Shown here piece after piece: positions 9,362-19,507 of a DNA stretch of 37,730 nt (position 1 is its first letter; the number at the start of each line of letters is the position of its first letter). The notes beneath the pieces are model-generated. The model worked only from the letters and a program-made list of their open reading frames with translations, searched no databases and was not told the origin of the DNA. Source of the stretch: a bacterium (GTDB lineage: Bacteria > Patescibacteriota > Minisyncoccia > Portnoybacterales > GWB1-42-6); the NCBI GenBank assembly GCA_043800535.1, contig JAZDMV010000009.1, positions 1-37,730 on the forward strand. The letters run 5' to 3'. A program made the position numbers and the translations under genes.

Positions 9362-9435
9362 ACCGGGTAGTAGAAATTCGACATATAAAAATTAGCTTGC
9401 TGCCAGGTAACAGTCGAATCTTCACTACCTGGCAT
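9360..9435. repeat. Inverted-repeat element abutting the PilB start codon
   Basis: taccgggtagtagaaattcgac ... gtcgaatcttcactacctggca, plus an internal tgccaggta alternative partner. Confidence 0.7.
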
Positions 9436-9451
9436 AACTAAAAACCGTTTT

Positions 9452-9552
9452 ACCCCCACACCAAAGGATTCGCTCCTTTAGGTTGGGGATGAATGTATTT
9501 TAAAAATAGCCCCCTTAGGAATTTTCAGGTTTCTTGGCCGTGGTGTGGGGGT
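9452..9552. mobile_element. MITE-like element with perfect 12-bp terminal inverted repeats
   Basis: acccccacacca ... tggtgtgggggt. Confidence 0.6.
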
Positions 9553-9578
9553 TTACCAAGTTATATCCTTATCGTAAT

Positions 9579-10700
9579 CTATAAAAGAGAACTTATCAAG
9601 GTCAGAAGCTGGGATTTGGCAGAGGCCAGGTCAGGCGCAAGAATTTTGAAGAGAGAGCGGCCATTTTTGACCGAACCGCCCAGCTCCAGAGCCAGCCGGT
9701 TGAGGAGTTCTGGTCTTTCGGAGTGTACCAAGACCATTATTTCGCCCGGCTGCGACTGCCAGAAAATGGCGCTTGCGTAAAGTTGGGGCAGGAGTTCGTT
9801 AATTTCATCCGACACGGCTGGCAGGTCGTTTATAGAAGAGCTGGTTTCGGCAAGGTCCTCGGCCGTGACTTCGGCTGAAGCCAGATTTTTTTCACTGTCA
9901 TATTCAAGGCGGGCCAGAACTCGGCCCCAGAGGCGTAAGAGGTTAAGCGGCTTTGTTTTATAAAGCGCCTGGACGATTTTTTCTTTTTCCGCGCCGCGGC
10001 TGACTAGCAGGGAAGCAAGGTTGAATGTTTGCGGAACGGTATTTATTTTCTGGAAGCTATGGGTTTCGTCAATCAGGCCGGTCAAAAGGCAGGTAGCAAT
10101 GGATTCGGACAGCTGGCTTGGAAAAAAAGAATTAATAAAATCAGTGATAATTTCGGCCGAGGAGCTGGCGGTCGGCTCAACCATATTGATCTCGCCAAAA
10201 TATTCGTTTCCTGATTTGTGGTCAATGTTTAAAATCGGCTTTTCAAAGAAAAGTTCGGCATAATTTTCATAAAATTGGCCCAGCGTCTCAAGATCAGGCG
10301 TGTCAATTGTAATTAAGGCGTCGTAGACAAAAGGGCCGGGTTCCAGTTTTATGTCTTTTTGCTCAAGCTTATCCGGGCCGGCCAGATAAATTTTCAAAAC
10401 TGCGTCTTTATTTTCATAACGCAGCTGTTTTATTCTTTTTTGAGAGGTGTCAATTGAAATGATAAAATCGCGCAAGCTGGTTAATTCTGATTTGACATTT
10501 TCAAGGCCGGGAAGGAAAAGCAATTTTTCTGGAACAGGTTCATGAGCGATCAAATCAGCCTTTTTGCCGAGATTCTGTATGAGCATAAAAAGCGCCAGGC
10601 CCGAGCAGAGAGCGTCGGCACATAAGTCCTGTGGTAGGACAATCAAGACATTCTGACTTTTATTGATGAGTTCGGCGGCTTGTTGTTTGGGAGAGAGCAT
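9579..10700 (-). CDS. DHH/NrnA-like phosphoesterase homologue with degenerate motifs
   Basis: ILNIDHK.GNEYFG..N.V, ASSSAEI, ATCLLTGLIDETHSF; HxxPDxD and DHH motifs altered. Confidence 0.8.
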   Translation of the reverse strand: MLSPKQQAAELINKSQNVLIVLPQDLCADALCSGLALFMLIQNLGKKADLIAHEPVPEKLLFLPGLENVKSELTSLRDFIISIDTSQKRIKQLRYENKDAVLKIYLAGPDKLEQKDIKLEPGPFVYDALITIDTPDLETLGQFYENYAELFFEKPILNIDHKSGNEYFGEINMVEPTASSSAEIITDFINSFFPSQLSESIATCLLTGLIDETHSFQKINTVPQTFNLASLLVSRGAEKEKIVQALYKTKPLNLLRLWGRVLARLEYDSEKNLASAEVTAEDLAETSSSINDLPAVSDEINELLPQLYASAIFWQSQPGEIMVLVHSERPELLNRLALELGGSVKNGRSLFKILAPDLASAKSQLLTLISSLL

Positions 10701-10770
10701 ATAGATTATAAGATTAGAAAATAAGGACGTTGGTATAATCTATCGTATTGGCGATAGTAGGTCAAGAGGA

Positions 10771-10779
10771 TTATCCACA
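10771..10779 (+). promoter_or_regulatory. Perfect DnaA box between divergent DHH-like gene and tsaE-polA
   Basis: TTATCCACA; nearby TGnTAAAAT lies ~6 nt before the tsaE ATG. Confidence 0.55.
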
Positions 10780-10808
10780 ATTTTGCTTTCGCGTGTTAAA
10801 ATAAAGGC

Positions 10809-11261
10809 ATGGAGAGGCAGATATTTATCACCAAAAGCGCGGTTGAGACGCAGAAATTAGCGGCTGATATTATTAAACGTCTTACCGGCAAAAAGACGGG
10901 CAAAAACGCCCTGGTTTTGGCTTTGCAAGGCGAATTGGGCGGCGGCAAAACGACTTTTGTGCAGGGGATGGCCAAGGCGCTCGGCGTTAAAGAAAAAATC
11001 ACCAGCCCGACGTTTGTGATTCTGCGTCATTTTAACATTTTAGCATCCAGACATTTTAGCAATTTTTATCACATTGATTGTTATCGGTTGGACAATCCAA
11101 AGGATTTAGCCGACCTGGGTCTTGGCGAAATTTTAAAAGACCCAGAAAATCTGGTGGTCATTGAATGGGCAGATAAAGTAAAATCGCTCATCCCGAAAGG
11201 CGCGGTTTGGGTGAGGTTTGAGTGGGTTTCTGAAGAAGAGAGAAAATTAACGATTTCTTAA
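10809..11261 (+). CDS. tsaE: tRNA threonylcarbamoyladenosine biosynthesis ATPase TsaE
   Basis: LQGELGGGKTTF, ITSPTFVI, YHIDCYRL, VIEWAD. Confidence 0.96.
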   Translation: MERQIFITKSAVETQKLAADIIKRLTGKKTGKNALVLALQGELGGGKTTFVQGMAKALGVKEKITSPTFVILRHFNILASRHFSNFYHIDCYRLDNPKDLADLGLGEILKDPENLVVIEWADKVKSLIPKGAVWVRFEWVSEEERKLTIS

Positions 11262-11262
11262 A

Positions 11263-13551
11263 ATGGCTGACAAAAACTCAAAAACTTTAGTTTTGATTGA
11301 TTCTCACGCGCTCATTCACCGCGCGTTTCATGCCTTGCCGCCTTTGAGCACCCAAAGGGGGGAGAGAGTGAACGCGGTGTATGGGTTTATTTTGGTGTTG
11401 TTCAAGGTGTTAAAAGAATTGAAACCCGATTATGTGGCGGCGGCTTTTGATTTGCCGGGCCCGACATTTCGGCACAAAGAATTTGAAGAATATAAGGCCA
11501 CGCGGGTCAAAGCGCCCGATGAACTTTACGCGCAGATCGGGAGGGTCAAAGAAGTGGTTAGTGCGTTTGGGATTCCTATATATGAAAAGGCGGGGTTTGA
11601 GGCGGACGATGTTATCGGCACAGTTGCCGATAAAGTTAAAAGTGAAAAGTTAAGAGTTAAAAGTATTGTTGTTACAGGGGATTTGGATACTTTACAGCTG
11701 ATTGATGACAATACTAGAATTTATACTCTGCGCAAAGGAGTTAAAGACACGATTTTGTATGATGAAAAAATGGTGGTTGAACGCTATGGGTTGAAGCCTG
11801 AGCAGATGCCTGATTATAGGGGATTGAAAGGGGACCCATCGGACAATATTCCGGGAGTGCCGGGGATTGGGGAGAAGACGGCAACTGAATTGTTAAAAGA
11901 ATTTGGTACAGTGGAAAAGCTTTATGAGACACTGGAAAATTCAAAGTTCAAAGTTAAAAGTGCAAAGTCAAAGTTAAAAATTAAAAGTTTAGTGAATAAA
12001 CTAATAGAGAATAAAGATCAGGCGATATTCAGCAAATATCTGGCGACGATAAAAAGGGACGTGGCGCTGAAATTTAATTTAAAAGACGCCAAATTCGGCA
12101 AATATGATCTGGAAAAAATAAAGTCGCTTTTTAAAGAATTGGAGTTTTTCAGCTTGATCAACCGGCTGGGCGAAATAAGCGCGGGATCGGCAAACGTCAA
12201 GGAAGATAAAAAATCTCCCCCAGCCCCTCTTTTACAAAGAGGGGGGTTGCCGGAAGTTTTTGAAAAGATAGAACAGGCGCGGCAGGCCGGCATTTTATCG
12301 GATAAAGTTTACGAGATAGAAAAACAAGTTGCGCCGGTGATTGAGCAAATGGAAAAAGACGGCATAAAAGTTGACGCGGGAAAATTAAAGGAATTGGGCA
12401 AAAAAGTTGATGGCCGGCTGATCAGTTTGGAAAAAGAGATTCATAAACTGGCCGGCACAGAGTTTAACATCAGCTCTCCCCAGCAACTGGCCGAGATTCT
12501 GTTTGAAAAGCTAAAATTGGAAACCAAAGGGCTCAAAAAAACTCCCGGCAGGGTTATTTCAACTGCCGCGCCGGAGCTTATAAAGCTGAAAGGAAAGCAT
12601 AAAATAATTGACGAAATTTTGGAACACCGCGAGCTGGCCAAGCTGAAATCCACATATATTGACGCTTTGCCCGGTTTGATCGGCAAAGACGGCCGCCTGC
12701 ATACCCAATACGACCAGCTTGGCACTGCCACCGGCCGGCTTTCTTCAAAAAATCCAAACCTGCAAAACATTCCTGTCAAAACCGAGCTTGGAAACGAAAT
12801 CCGCAAGGCCTTTGTTGCCGAAAAAGGGTTTTTATTGCTGGCAGCTGATTATTCGCAGCTTGAATTAAGAATTGTCGCTTCTTTGGCCGAAGATAAAAAA
12901 ATGATAGATATTTTGAAAAAAGGGGAAGATATCCATTTGGCCACCGCCGCTGAGGTTTTTGAGGTATCGCTAAAAGACGTGACACCTAAAATGCGCAAAT
13001 CGGCCAAGGCGCTGAATTTCGGCGTGATTTATGGGATGAGCATGCATGGTTTCGCCCAGGCCGCCGGGATTGACTTTGAGAAAGCAAAGGCATTCATTAA
13101 AAAGTATTTTGAAGAGTTTGAAGGAGTGGCGCGTTATGTTGATAAAACAAAAAAGCAGGTTGCCAGAGACAGTTATGCGGAAACGCTTTTTGGCCGCAAA
13201 AGATTTTTGCCTGAAATTAATTCTTCGGCCTGGGATTTGCGAGCTTCGGCCGAACGTGCAGCCATTAATTTCCCGGTTCAGGGCACGGCGGCGGATCTCG
13301 TAAAAATGGCTATGGTGGGTATTAAATTAAAAATCAATCTGCCGGCCGAGGGGCAAAAATTGAAAATGCTGCTGCAGGTTCACGATGAACTGCTGTTTGA
13401 GGCGCCAGAAAATGAGATTGATGAGTTGGCGTCGCAAATTAAGGAAATTATGGAAAATGTTTATCAGCTTGAGGCGCCGTTGATTGTTAAAATAGAAATC
13501 GGGCCGAATTGGGGAGAACTTAGTTTTTTAAACGGTGGAGAACTTAAATGA
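11263..13551 (+). CDS. polA: DNA polymerase I (5'-3' exonuclease + polymerase; proofreading domain absent)
   Basis: HRAFHA, YKATR, EADDVIGT, GDPSDNIPGV, TGRLSS.NPNLQNIP, ADYSQLELR, K..NFGVIYG, LQVHDEL. Confidence 0.97.
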   Translation: MADKNSKTLVLIDSHALIHRAFHALPPLSTQRGERVNAVYGFILVLFKVLKELKPDYVAAAFDLPGPTFRHKEFEEYKATRVKAPDELYAQIGRVKEVVSAFGIPIYEKAGFEADDVIGTVADKVKSEKLRVKSIVVTGDLDTLQLIDDNTRIYTLRKGVKDTILYDEKMVVERYGLKPEQMPDYRGLKGDPSDNIPGVPGIGEKTATELLKEFGTVEKLYETLENSKFKVKSAKSKLKIKSLVNKLIENKDQAIFSKYLATIKRDVALKFNLKDAKFGKYDLEKIKSLFKELEFFSLINRLGEISAGSANVKEDKKSPPAPLLQRGGLPEVFEKIEQARQAGILSDKVYEIEKQVAPVIEQMEKDGIKVDAGKLKELGKKVDGRLISLEKEIHKLAGTEFNISSPQQLAEILFEKLKLETKGLKKTPGRVISTAAPELIKLKGKHKIIDEILEHRELAKLKSTYIDALPGLIGKDGRLHTQYDQLGTATGRLSSKNPNLQNIPVKTELGNEIRKAFVAEKGFLLLAADYSQLELRIVASLAEDKKMIDILKKGEDIHLATAAEVFEVSLKDVTPKMRKSAKALNFGVIYGMSMHGFAQAAGIDFEKAKAFIKKYFEEFEGVARYVDKTKKQVARDSYAETLFGRKRFLPEINSSAWDLRASAERAAINFPVQGTAADLVKMAMVGIKLKINLPAEGQKLKMLLQVHDELLFEAPENEIDELASQIKEIMENVYQLEAPLIVKIEIGPNWGELSFLNGGELK
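12211..12246. repeat. In-frame C/G-run hairpin element inside polA
   Basis: aaatctcccccagcccctcttttacaaagagggggg; matches murE 29157 and the reverse complement of intergenic 26114-26147. Confidence 0.85.
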
Positions 13552-13630
13552 GCCTTTTTTAAACTGTGGTATAATTAAAGAGGTCGGTAAAATTAATTTA
13601 ATATTTAATATAAGAAAGTTAAATAAAATT

Positions 13631-14815
13631 ATGCCTATTTATGCGGGCGTGGGGCGGAGTTCGTCCCCTGATCCAAAAGCAGCCGGCGATCAGGCGACTC
13701 AGGCCGCTTTGCGTCAATTGAACCAGAAGCCAAACATTTTGATAGTTTTTTCTTCTGTGGTCTACGACCAGCAGAAACTGATAGAGGGAATTAAGGGTGT
13801 CAGTCCGGATACTCCCATTGCCGGCTGTTCCGATGCCGGAGAGATTACGACCGATGGGCCAACAACAAAATCAGTCGCCGTTATGGCGCTGGCCTCACCG
13901 GATGTAAAATTTATCATCGGCATCGGCCACGGAGTCAAGGCCGACAGCAGAGGTGTCGGCAAAGCTGTTGCCGAAGACATTAAAAACAAGACAAGCGAAC
14001 CAATTTCGCTTTTTGTGATGTTCCCCGACGGCGTGAACGGAAACGGCGCTGACATTGTCAGGGGCGTGCAGGATGTTTTTGGGAAAAATTTTCCGATTAT
14101 GGGTGGATCGGCGGGCGACGATTTTGCGTTTAAAAAAACTTTCCAGTATTTTAACGGCGAAGTTCTGTCAGATTCGGTGGTAGCTGTCGGTTTCTCCGGT
14201 CAGTTTTCTTTTGGCGTCGGCGTGCGGCACGGCTGGGAGCCGATTGGCCTGCCGATGAAAGTGACAAAATCAGAAGGTGCGGTTTTAAAAGAATTGGACG
14301 GCAAGCCGGCGCTGAAGATCTATGAAGATTCTTTTGGCAAGCAGGCCGAGGATTTAATTAAGGAACCGTTGGCAAATTTGGCTTATACCTATCCTTTGGG
14401 AATGAGCGTTGAGGGAAGCGATGAATTTTTGATCAGAGATGCTGTTCTAGCCAACGAAAAAGGTGAAATTACTTGCGCGGCGGAAATTCCCGAGGGCAAA
14501 GAAGTTCGTCTGATGCTGGGGGATCGCGATAAAGCAATTGTCGCGGCCAAAGAGGCGGCCGAAAGCGCCAAGGAGCAGATTGGCGGCAAGAGACCGGATG
14601 CAATATTTGTTTTTAATTGCATCGCCAGATATAAATTGTTAGGCCCAAAAATTGGCGATGAGATCAAGGCAATCCAGAAAGTGTTTGGCGAAACCGTGCC
14701 GATGATAGGTTTTTATACCTATGGCGAACAGGCGCCGCTCGGCGGCAAGCTAGGGCCCGATTGCAATTCGTGTTTTCATAACGAAACAATAGCTCTTTTG
14801 GCTTTTAGCGATTAA
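13631..14815 (+). CDS. FIST-N/FIST-C signal transduction protein (start likely MPIYAG)
   Basis: GCSDAGEI, GGSAGD, HGWEPIG, ELDGKPA, CIARY, GFYTYGEQ, FHNET; TGgTATAAT upstream. Confidence 0.9.
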   Translation: MPIYAGVGRSSSPDPKAAGDQATQAALRQLNQKPNILIVFSSVVYDQQKLIEGIKGVSPDTPIAGCSDAGEITTDGPTTKSVAVMALASPDVKFIIGIGHGVKADSRGVGKAVAEDIKNKTSEPISLFVMFPDGVNGNGADIVRGVQDVFGKNFPIMGGSAGDDFAFKKTFQYFNGEVLSDSVVAVGFSGQFSFGVGVRHGWEPIGLPMKVTKSEGAVLKELDGKPALKIYEDSFGKQAEDLIKEPLANLAYTYPLGMSVEGSDEFLIRDAVLANEKGEITCAAEIPEGKEVRLMLGDRDKAIVAAKEAAESAKEQIGGKRPDAIFVFNCIARYKLLGPKIGDEIKAIQKVFGETVPMIGFYTYGEQAPLGGKLGPDCNSCFHNETIALLAFSD

Positions 14816-14820
14816 AATTA

Positions 14821-15744
14821 ATGGATATTTTTGAGAAACAGCAGGCGATTGAATCAATAAGAACCGTCATTAGGGCCAGGTGGTTTATTGGGTCTGCGGT
14901 TTTTATTCAGGGACTGATAATCAAATACTTTTTTAAAAGCGCTGTGCCACTGGCGGGCACCTCGGTTTTGACTTTTATTGTCCTGGGATATTTTGCGGGA
15001 AATTTATTTTTTTGGCTATATTTGCGCCGGCCAGCTGAAAAATTAGGAGAGGGGGCCATAAAAAGCTTAAAATTTCTTCAGGTGCCACTGGACCAAATGA
15101 CAATCACCGCGGTTATATATTTTTCAGGCACGGTTAATAAATTAATAATTCTTTTGTATCCGATGACGCTGATAATTGCCAGCAGCATTTACCGTAGGCG
15201 CGGCGTTTTTTTGGCTACTTTTTGGGCCATACTAATTCTTAGTGGTTTAACGGTCTTGGAATATATGGGTATTATGAGACCACAAGGGACGGTTGAGTCG
15301 CCTTTTACCCGTTTTGTGGCAGGCGACAGAATTTGGATGAGAGGTCAATTGGTCGGATACATTACTTATTTATTAGGAAGCGCTTTCATGGCGAGCTCCA
15401 TAGCCGATTTATTCCGGATGCGGGAAAAACGGCTGGAATTGCAGAAGCGGGAATTAACGGAAAAAACCGAACTTATGACTCATCGTTCCGAAGAATTGAC
15501 GCAAACAAAGAACTGGCTCCATGAGGCACTGACAAAATCCGATAAAACAAGGACAGAGCTGGCCAGCGCCAAGGAGCAGCTTGAAAAAGCCAACCAGGAG
15601 CTTAAAGCAAAAATTGATGAGCTGGAAAAATTTTCAAAGGCCACGGTCGGCCGGGAAATAAAAATGATGGAACTTAAGGGAGAGATAGAAACGTTGAAAA
15701 GCACTGTCGGCAATTTAAAAACGCAATCGGGAAAAAGCCAATAA
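14821..15744 (+). CDS. Multi-TM sensor-like protein with long coiled coil ending in VGREIKMMELK; no catalytic domain
   Basis: ~5-6 TM helices followed by a heptad-rich C-terminus. Confidence 0.75.
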   Translation: MDIFEKQQAIESIRTVIRARWFIGSAVFIQGLIIKYFFKSAVPLAGTSVLTFIVLGYFAGNLFFWLYLRRPAEKLGEGAIKSLKFLQVPLDQMTITAVIYFSGTVNKLIILLYPMTLIIASSIYRRRGVFLATFWAILILSGLTVLEYMGIMRPQGTVESPFTRFVAGDRIWMRGQLVGYITYLLGSAFMASSIADLFRMREKRLELQKRELTEKTELMTHRSEELTQTKNWLHEALTKSDKTRTELASAKEQLEKANQELKAKIDELEKFSKATVGREIKMMELKGEIETLKSTVGNLKTQSGKSQ

Positions 15745-15759
15745 CTTTTAAATTTTGGG

Positions 15760-15830
15760 TTATGCGTCCAGCAAAAATCAGATGTCGCGGCAGAGCCGGA
15801 TGGACCATCAGATTTTTGCGAGCCACATAA
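15760..15830. repeat. Imperfect inverted-repeat element
   Basis: ttatgcgtccagcaaaaatc ... gatttttgcgagccacataa. Confidence 0.55.
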
Positions 15831-15913
15831 TTAAAAACGCCAGGTATAAACGTTCAGTTAAATTAATTAGAAAACTTTAATTCTTTTGCCCGCCATGGGT
15901 AAAGGACATCAAT

Positions 15914-16918
15914 ATGAGTACTAAAAAAATTTTTTTCCTTGCGGTGATATTTTTGGTGGCGACAGGGTTGATCGTTTTTTACCTGACCCAGCCGGCAAAT
16001 AAAAAGGCACCCAGTAAAGTTTATGAGATCGGGCTTCTGCAGATGGCTTCGACTATCAATGCCAATATGGACGGACTAAAGGAAGGAATGAGAGAACTTG
16101 GTTATGAGGAAGGGAAGAACGTGAACTATCATTACTATAACGCAGAAGGCAATACTCAGCTTATTGGCGAATACGCAAAAAAACTGGTAGAGGCAAATAT
16201 GGATTTGATATTCACTAATAGCTCTCCTGCCGCGCAGGCAGCCAAAGACGCGACAGCTGCAAGCACCATCCCGGTTGTTTTTTCGATGGTGGCTGACCCG
16301 GTCAGGGCAGGTTTTGTGGCCAGTATTCAAAGCTCGCAGAATAATCTGACCGGCACAAGCTGCGCCTATATAGATATTGCGCCAAAACGCCTGGAAGTTT
16401 TGAAACAGACCGATCCCTCGGTCAAAAAGGTGATGGTTTTTTACAGGCCTGGCGACAAATCCGGCGAGCCGGCAGCAGAAAAAATTAAAAGTGCCGGTGA
16501 GAAACTAGATATCCAGGTTTTGTTAAAGCCAGTGACGAAATCAGACGAGATCAAGAGCATATTGAATAAATTAACGCCGGGCGAGGTTGATGCTTTAATG
16601 GATCCGGCTGATTCGATGGTGACAGCCAGTGTTGATTCGTTGGTGCAGGCGGCTCTGCGCCTGAAAGTTCCGCTTATGATGATGAGCGACCTGGAAGCAG
16701 AAAAAGGAGCCTTAATTACCTATGGAGTTGATTATTTTGATTTAGGCAAACAGTCGGCCAGATTGGTGGCCAAGGTTTTGGAAGGAAGCAAGCCGTCTGA
16801 AATTCCTACTGAAATGCCCCGGACGTTCCGCATGGTGGTAAATATGAAAACAGCCCAAGCCATCGGCTTGACTCCGACAGCCGATATTCTATCGAGAGCC
16901 AATCGTGTTATCCGTTAG
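15914..16918 (+). CDS. ABC-type substrate-binding protein (ABC_sub_bind-like), orphan
   Basis: LGYEEGKNV, IPVVF..VADPVRAGFV.S, NLTG, YGVDYFDLGKQ.A..VLEG.KPSEIP, VNMKTA..IGL. Confidence 0.88.
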   Translation: MSTKKIFFLAVIFLVATGLIVFYLTQPANKKAPSKVYEIGLLQMASTINANMDGLKEGMRELGYEEGKNVNYHYYNAEGNTQLIGEYAKKLVEANMDLIFTNSSPAAQAAKDATAASTIPVVFSMVADPVRAGFVASIQSSQNNLTGTSCAYIDIAPKRLEVLKQTDPSVKKVMVFYRPGDKSGEPAAEKIKSAGEKLDIQVLLKPVTKSDEIKSILNKLTPGEVDALMDPADSMVTASVDSLVQAALRLKVPLMMMSDLEAEKGALITYGVDYFDLGKQSARLVAKVLEGSKPSEIPTEMPRTFRMVVNMKTAQAIGLTPTADILSRANRVIR

Positions 16919-16924
16919 CAAAAC

Positions 16925-19285
16925 ATGCGACTACCGGCATTACGATTAAAGCTAGGCACAAAAGTTGCCCTAATTTACGCTATTTTAGGGTTTTTATCGT
17001 TGGCCGCGGCTAATCTTATTTGGTTGATCCCGTCTCTCACCGAAATTAAGCAAAATGCCGCCGCCATTCAGCTTGAAATCGCAAAAAGGGGAGCCAAGGA
17101 AATTGAATCCTTTGTTGCCTACAAGCTTGATTTATTGCAGCGGCTTACGTATTTTTTGGACTCCAAGAGTTCAGCAAGCAGCCAAAAAGCTGCTTTGGAG
17201 AATTTTTTACAAAAAGACCAGGCGTTTTTTGAAATGATTTTGATTGATGAGCTTGGCCGGGAGAAAGTTAAAATTTCGCAGTACGACATATTTACTTCTG
17301 CGGATCTTGTGAGTCGGTCTTTTGAGGACTATTTTGAAAAAGCAATTCAGGGCCAGACATTTATCAGCGAAGTTTTCTTTTCAGAAAAAGGCGAGCCATT
17401 TGTGATTGTGGCCATCCCGGTTTATTCATATCAGAGAGAATCAACAGGCGTCCTGACAGCAAAGCTGAATTTAAAGGAGACATGGCAGGTGGTTTCCGGG
17501 TTAAAGATAGGAACAGCCAGTCACGCTTTTTTGGTTGACGGAAAAGGCCGGCTGATTGCTGATCCTAACCCTTCGCTGGTTTTGAAGAATCCAGTTCTTA
17601 TGAATTTAGGCCCGGTGAAGACGATAGTCCAAGAGCGCAAGGTCGCCACGGGCCTGGAAAGCGAAGACAGATACCTTGATAGTAACAATCAATGGGTTCT
17701 GGCAGCAGGCGTGCCTTTGGAAACTTTATCGTGGGGCTTGATCATTGAGCGGCAGGAGTCAGAAGCATATGCCGGGCTGAACGGGAAAATCACGGCTTTT
17801 GTTCTCATAACTGTTCTGGGTTTATTTGGCATAGGCATAGTGGCGCGTTGGCTGGCGGGTTATTTAAGCAGTCCTTTGCGACGCCTTGGCGAAGGAGCAA
17901 AAATAATTGGCAGTGGAAATCTTGATTTCAGGCTTAACCTGACAACAGGAGACGAGATAGAAGAGCTGGCCCGTTCTTTCAATGAGATGGCTGACCAGCT
18001 TAAAGAATCATATGTGTATCTTGAAAAAAAAGTAGAGGAAAGAACGTGGGAAATCAGGGCCCAACGGGATCAGATTGACCAGGCGGCTAAGCGTCTGATA
18101 CAGCGGGATATTGCGTTAAGTCAAACCCGAGATCAACAGGAGCAGGCGTTAAAAGAGGCTAAAGAGGCGCGGGCAAGAGCAGAGGAAGCGCGTCTGGCGA
18201 CGCTGAATATACTGGGAGATATTGAAGAAGCAAGGCGGGCGCAGGAAGTGGAAAAAAATAAAGTTGAGGCAGTATTACGCAGCCTTACCGACGGGTTGAT
18301 AATGCTTGACCAGTTTGGTCATATACTTTTGATAAACGGGGAGGCAGAGAAATTGTTAAGCGTTGACAAAGAAGAGATTTTTTTTAAGCGGTTCGGCGAA
18401 ATAAACGACCCGGAATTCAAAATGATAGGGGCGTTGCTGGAAGAATCTTACGGCCAGCTTGAAAAAAAGGAAGTAACACTGGAAAACCCCGTGCACAGAG
18501 TGCTTGAAGTCAGCACGGTGCCGGTGGTGGATTCGGACAAGAAAGTGCTCGGGCAGCTCGTTATTATACACGACGTCACAAGAGAAAAAGAAATGGAAAG
18601 GATGAAATCAGAATTTGTGACAATTGCTGCCCATCAGCTGCGCACTCCTCTTTCGGCTGTTAAATGGACATTGCGCTTGATCCTTGATCGGGATTTGGGG
18701 CCGATTAGTGAAGAGCAAGAAGAAACACTGAAAAAGGGCTATCAGAGCAATGAGCGTATGATAAATTTAGTCAACGATCTCTTAAATGTGGCCAGAATTG
18801 AAGAAGGAAGATTTATCTACGGTTTTACGCCGATTGCATTTCCTGATTTTGTCGCAGAGACGCTTGATGGTTTTGCCTCACTTCTTAAAATGAAAGACAT
18901 AACTTTAAAATTCGAAAAACCAAAGGAGAACATAGAAGCGGCGGTGGACAAAGAGAAGATGAAGCTTGTTCTGCAGAATTTGGTTGAAAACGCGATAAAT
19001 TATTCGCCGGCTGGTTCAACCGTGACAATTTTGCTAAAAAGCGATAAGATTAATTTAACGTTGGCTGTCAAGGACCAGGGAATGGGAATCCCCAAAGCCC
19101 AGCAGAAAAGGGTTTTCGGCAAATTTTTCAGAGGAGACAATGCCGTCAAAATGGAAACAGAGGGGACCGGCCTCGGTTTGTTCCTGACTAAAAATGTTGT
19201 CGAGCGGCACGGCGGCAAAATCTGGTTTGAGACCGAAGAAAACAAAGGATCAACTTTTTATTTTACTTTACCACTAAAAAAATAA
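16925..19285 (+). CDS. Sensor histidine kinase (TM-Cache-TM-HAMP-coiled coil-PAS-HisKA-HATPase)
   Basis: DEIEELARSFNEM, AHQLRTPL, NLVENAINY, DQGMGI, GTGLGL, HGGKIW. Confidence 0.95.
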   Translation: MRLPALRLKLGTKVALIYAILGFLSLAAANLIWLIPSLTEIKQNAAAIQLEIAKRGAKEIESFVAYKLDLLQRLTYFLDSKSSASSQKAALENFLQKDQAFFEMILIDELGREKVKISQYDIFTSADLVSRSFEDYFEKAIQGQTFISEVFFSEKGEPFVIVAIPVYSYQRESTGVLTAKLNLKETWQVVSGLKIGTASHAFLVDGKGRLIADPNPSLVLKNPVLMNLGPVKTIVQERKVATGLESEDRYLDSNNQWVLAAGVPLETLSWGLIIERQESEAYAGLNGKITAFVLITVLGLFGIGIVARWLAGYLSSPLRRLGEGAKIIGSGNLDFRLNLTTGDEIEELARSFNEMADQLKESYVYLEKKVEERTWEIRAQRDQIDQAAKRLIQRDIALSQTRDQQEQALKEAKEARARAEEARLATLNILGDIEEARRAQEVEKNKVEAVLRSLTDGLIMLDQFGHILLINGEAEKLLSVDKEEIFFKRFGEINDPEFKMIGALLEESYGQLEKKEVTLENPVHRVLEVSTVPVVDSDKKVLGQLVIIHDVTREKEMERMKSEFVTIAAHQLRTPLSAVKWTLRLILDRDLGPISEEQEETLKKGYQSNERMINLVNDLLNVARIEEGRFIYGFTPIAFPDFVAETLDGFASLLKMKDITLKFEKPKENIEAAVDKEKMKLVLQNLVENAINYSPAGSTVTILLKSDKINLTLAVKDQGMGIPKAQQKRVFGKFFRGDNAVKMETEGTGLGLFLTKNVVERHGGKIWFETEENKGSTFYFTLPLKK

Positions 19286-19291
19286 AGTAGC

Positions 19292-19499
19292 TACGGAATA
19301 CAGATTAGTACGGATATACGGATAACCCTTCGACTCGCTCAGGGTAAAATAAATTCGTAAATCCGTATATCAGTAAAAAATCCGCCCGCCTGCCAAAGCC
19401 CAACAGCGATTAGACGGCGAATCAAACAAGCGGACTAAACAATTAAAATTCGGAATACCCATCCCGTCGCTTTGGCTGTTGGCGGGCAGGTAATCCGTA
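19292..19499. repeat. Composite repeat cluster: tacgga/atccgt short repeats with two embedded palindromic elements
   Basis: acccttcgactcgctcagggt (19325-19345); IR cccgcctgccaaagcccaacagcga / tcgctttggctgttggcgggcagg (19385-19490). Confidence 0.75.
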
Positions 19500-19507
19500 G
19501 AGAAATC

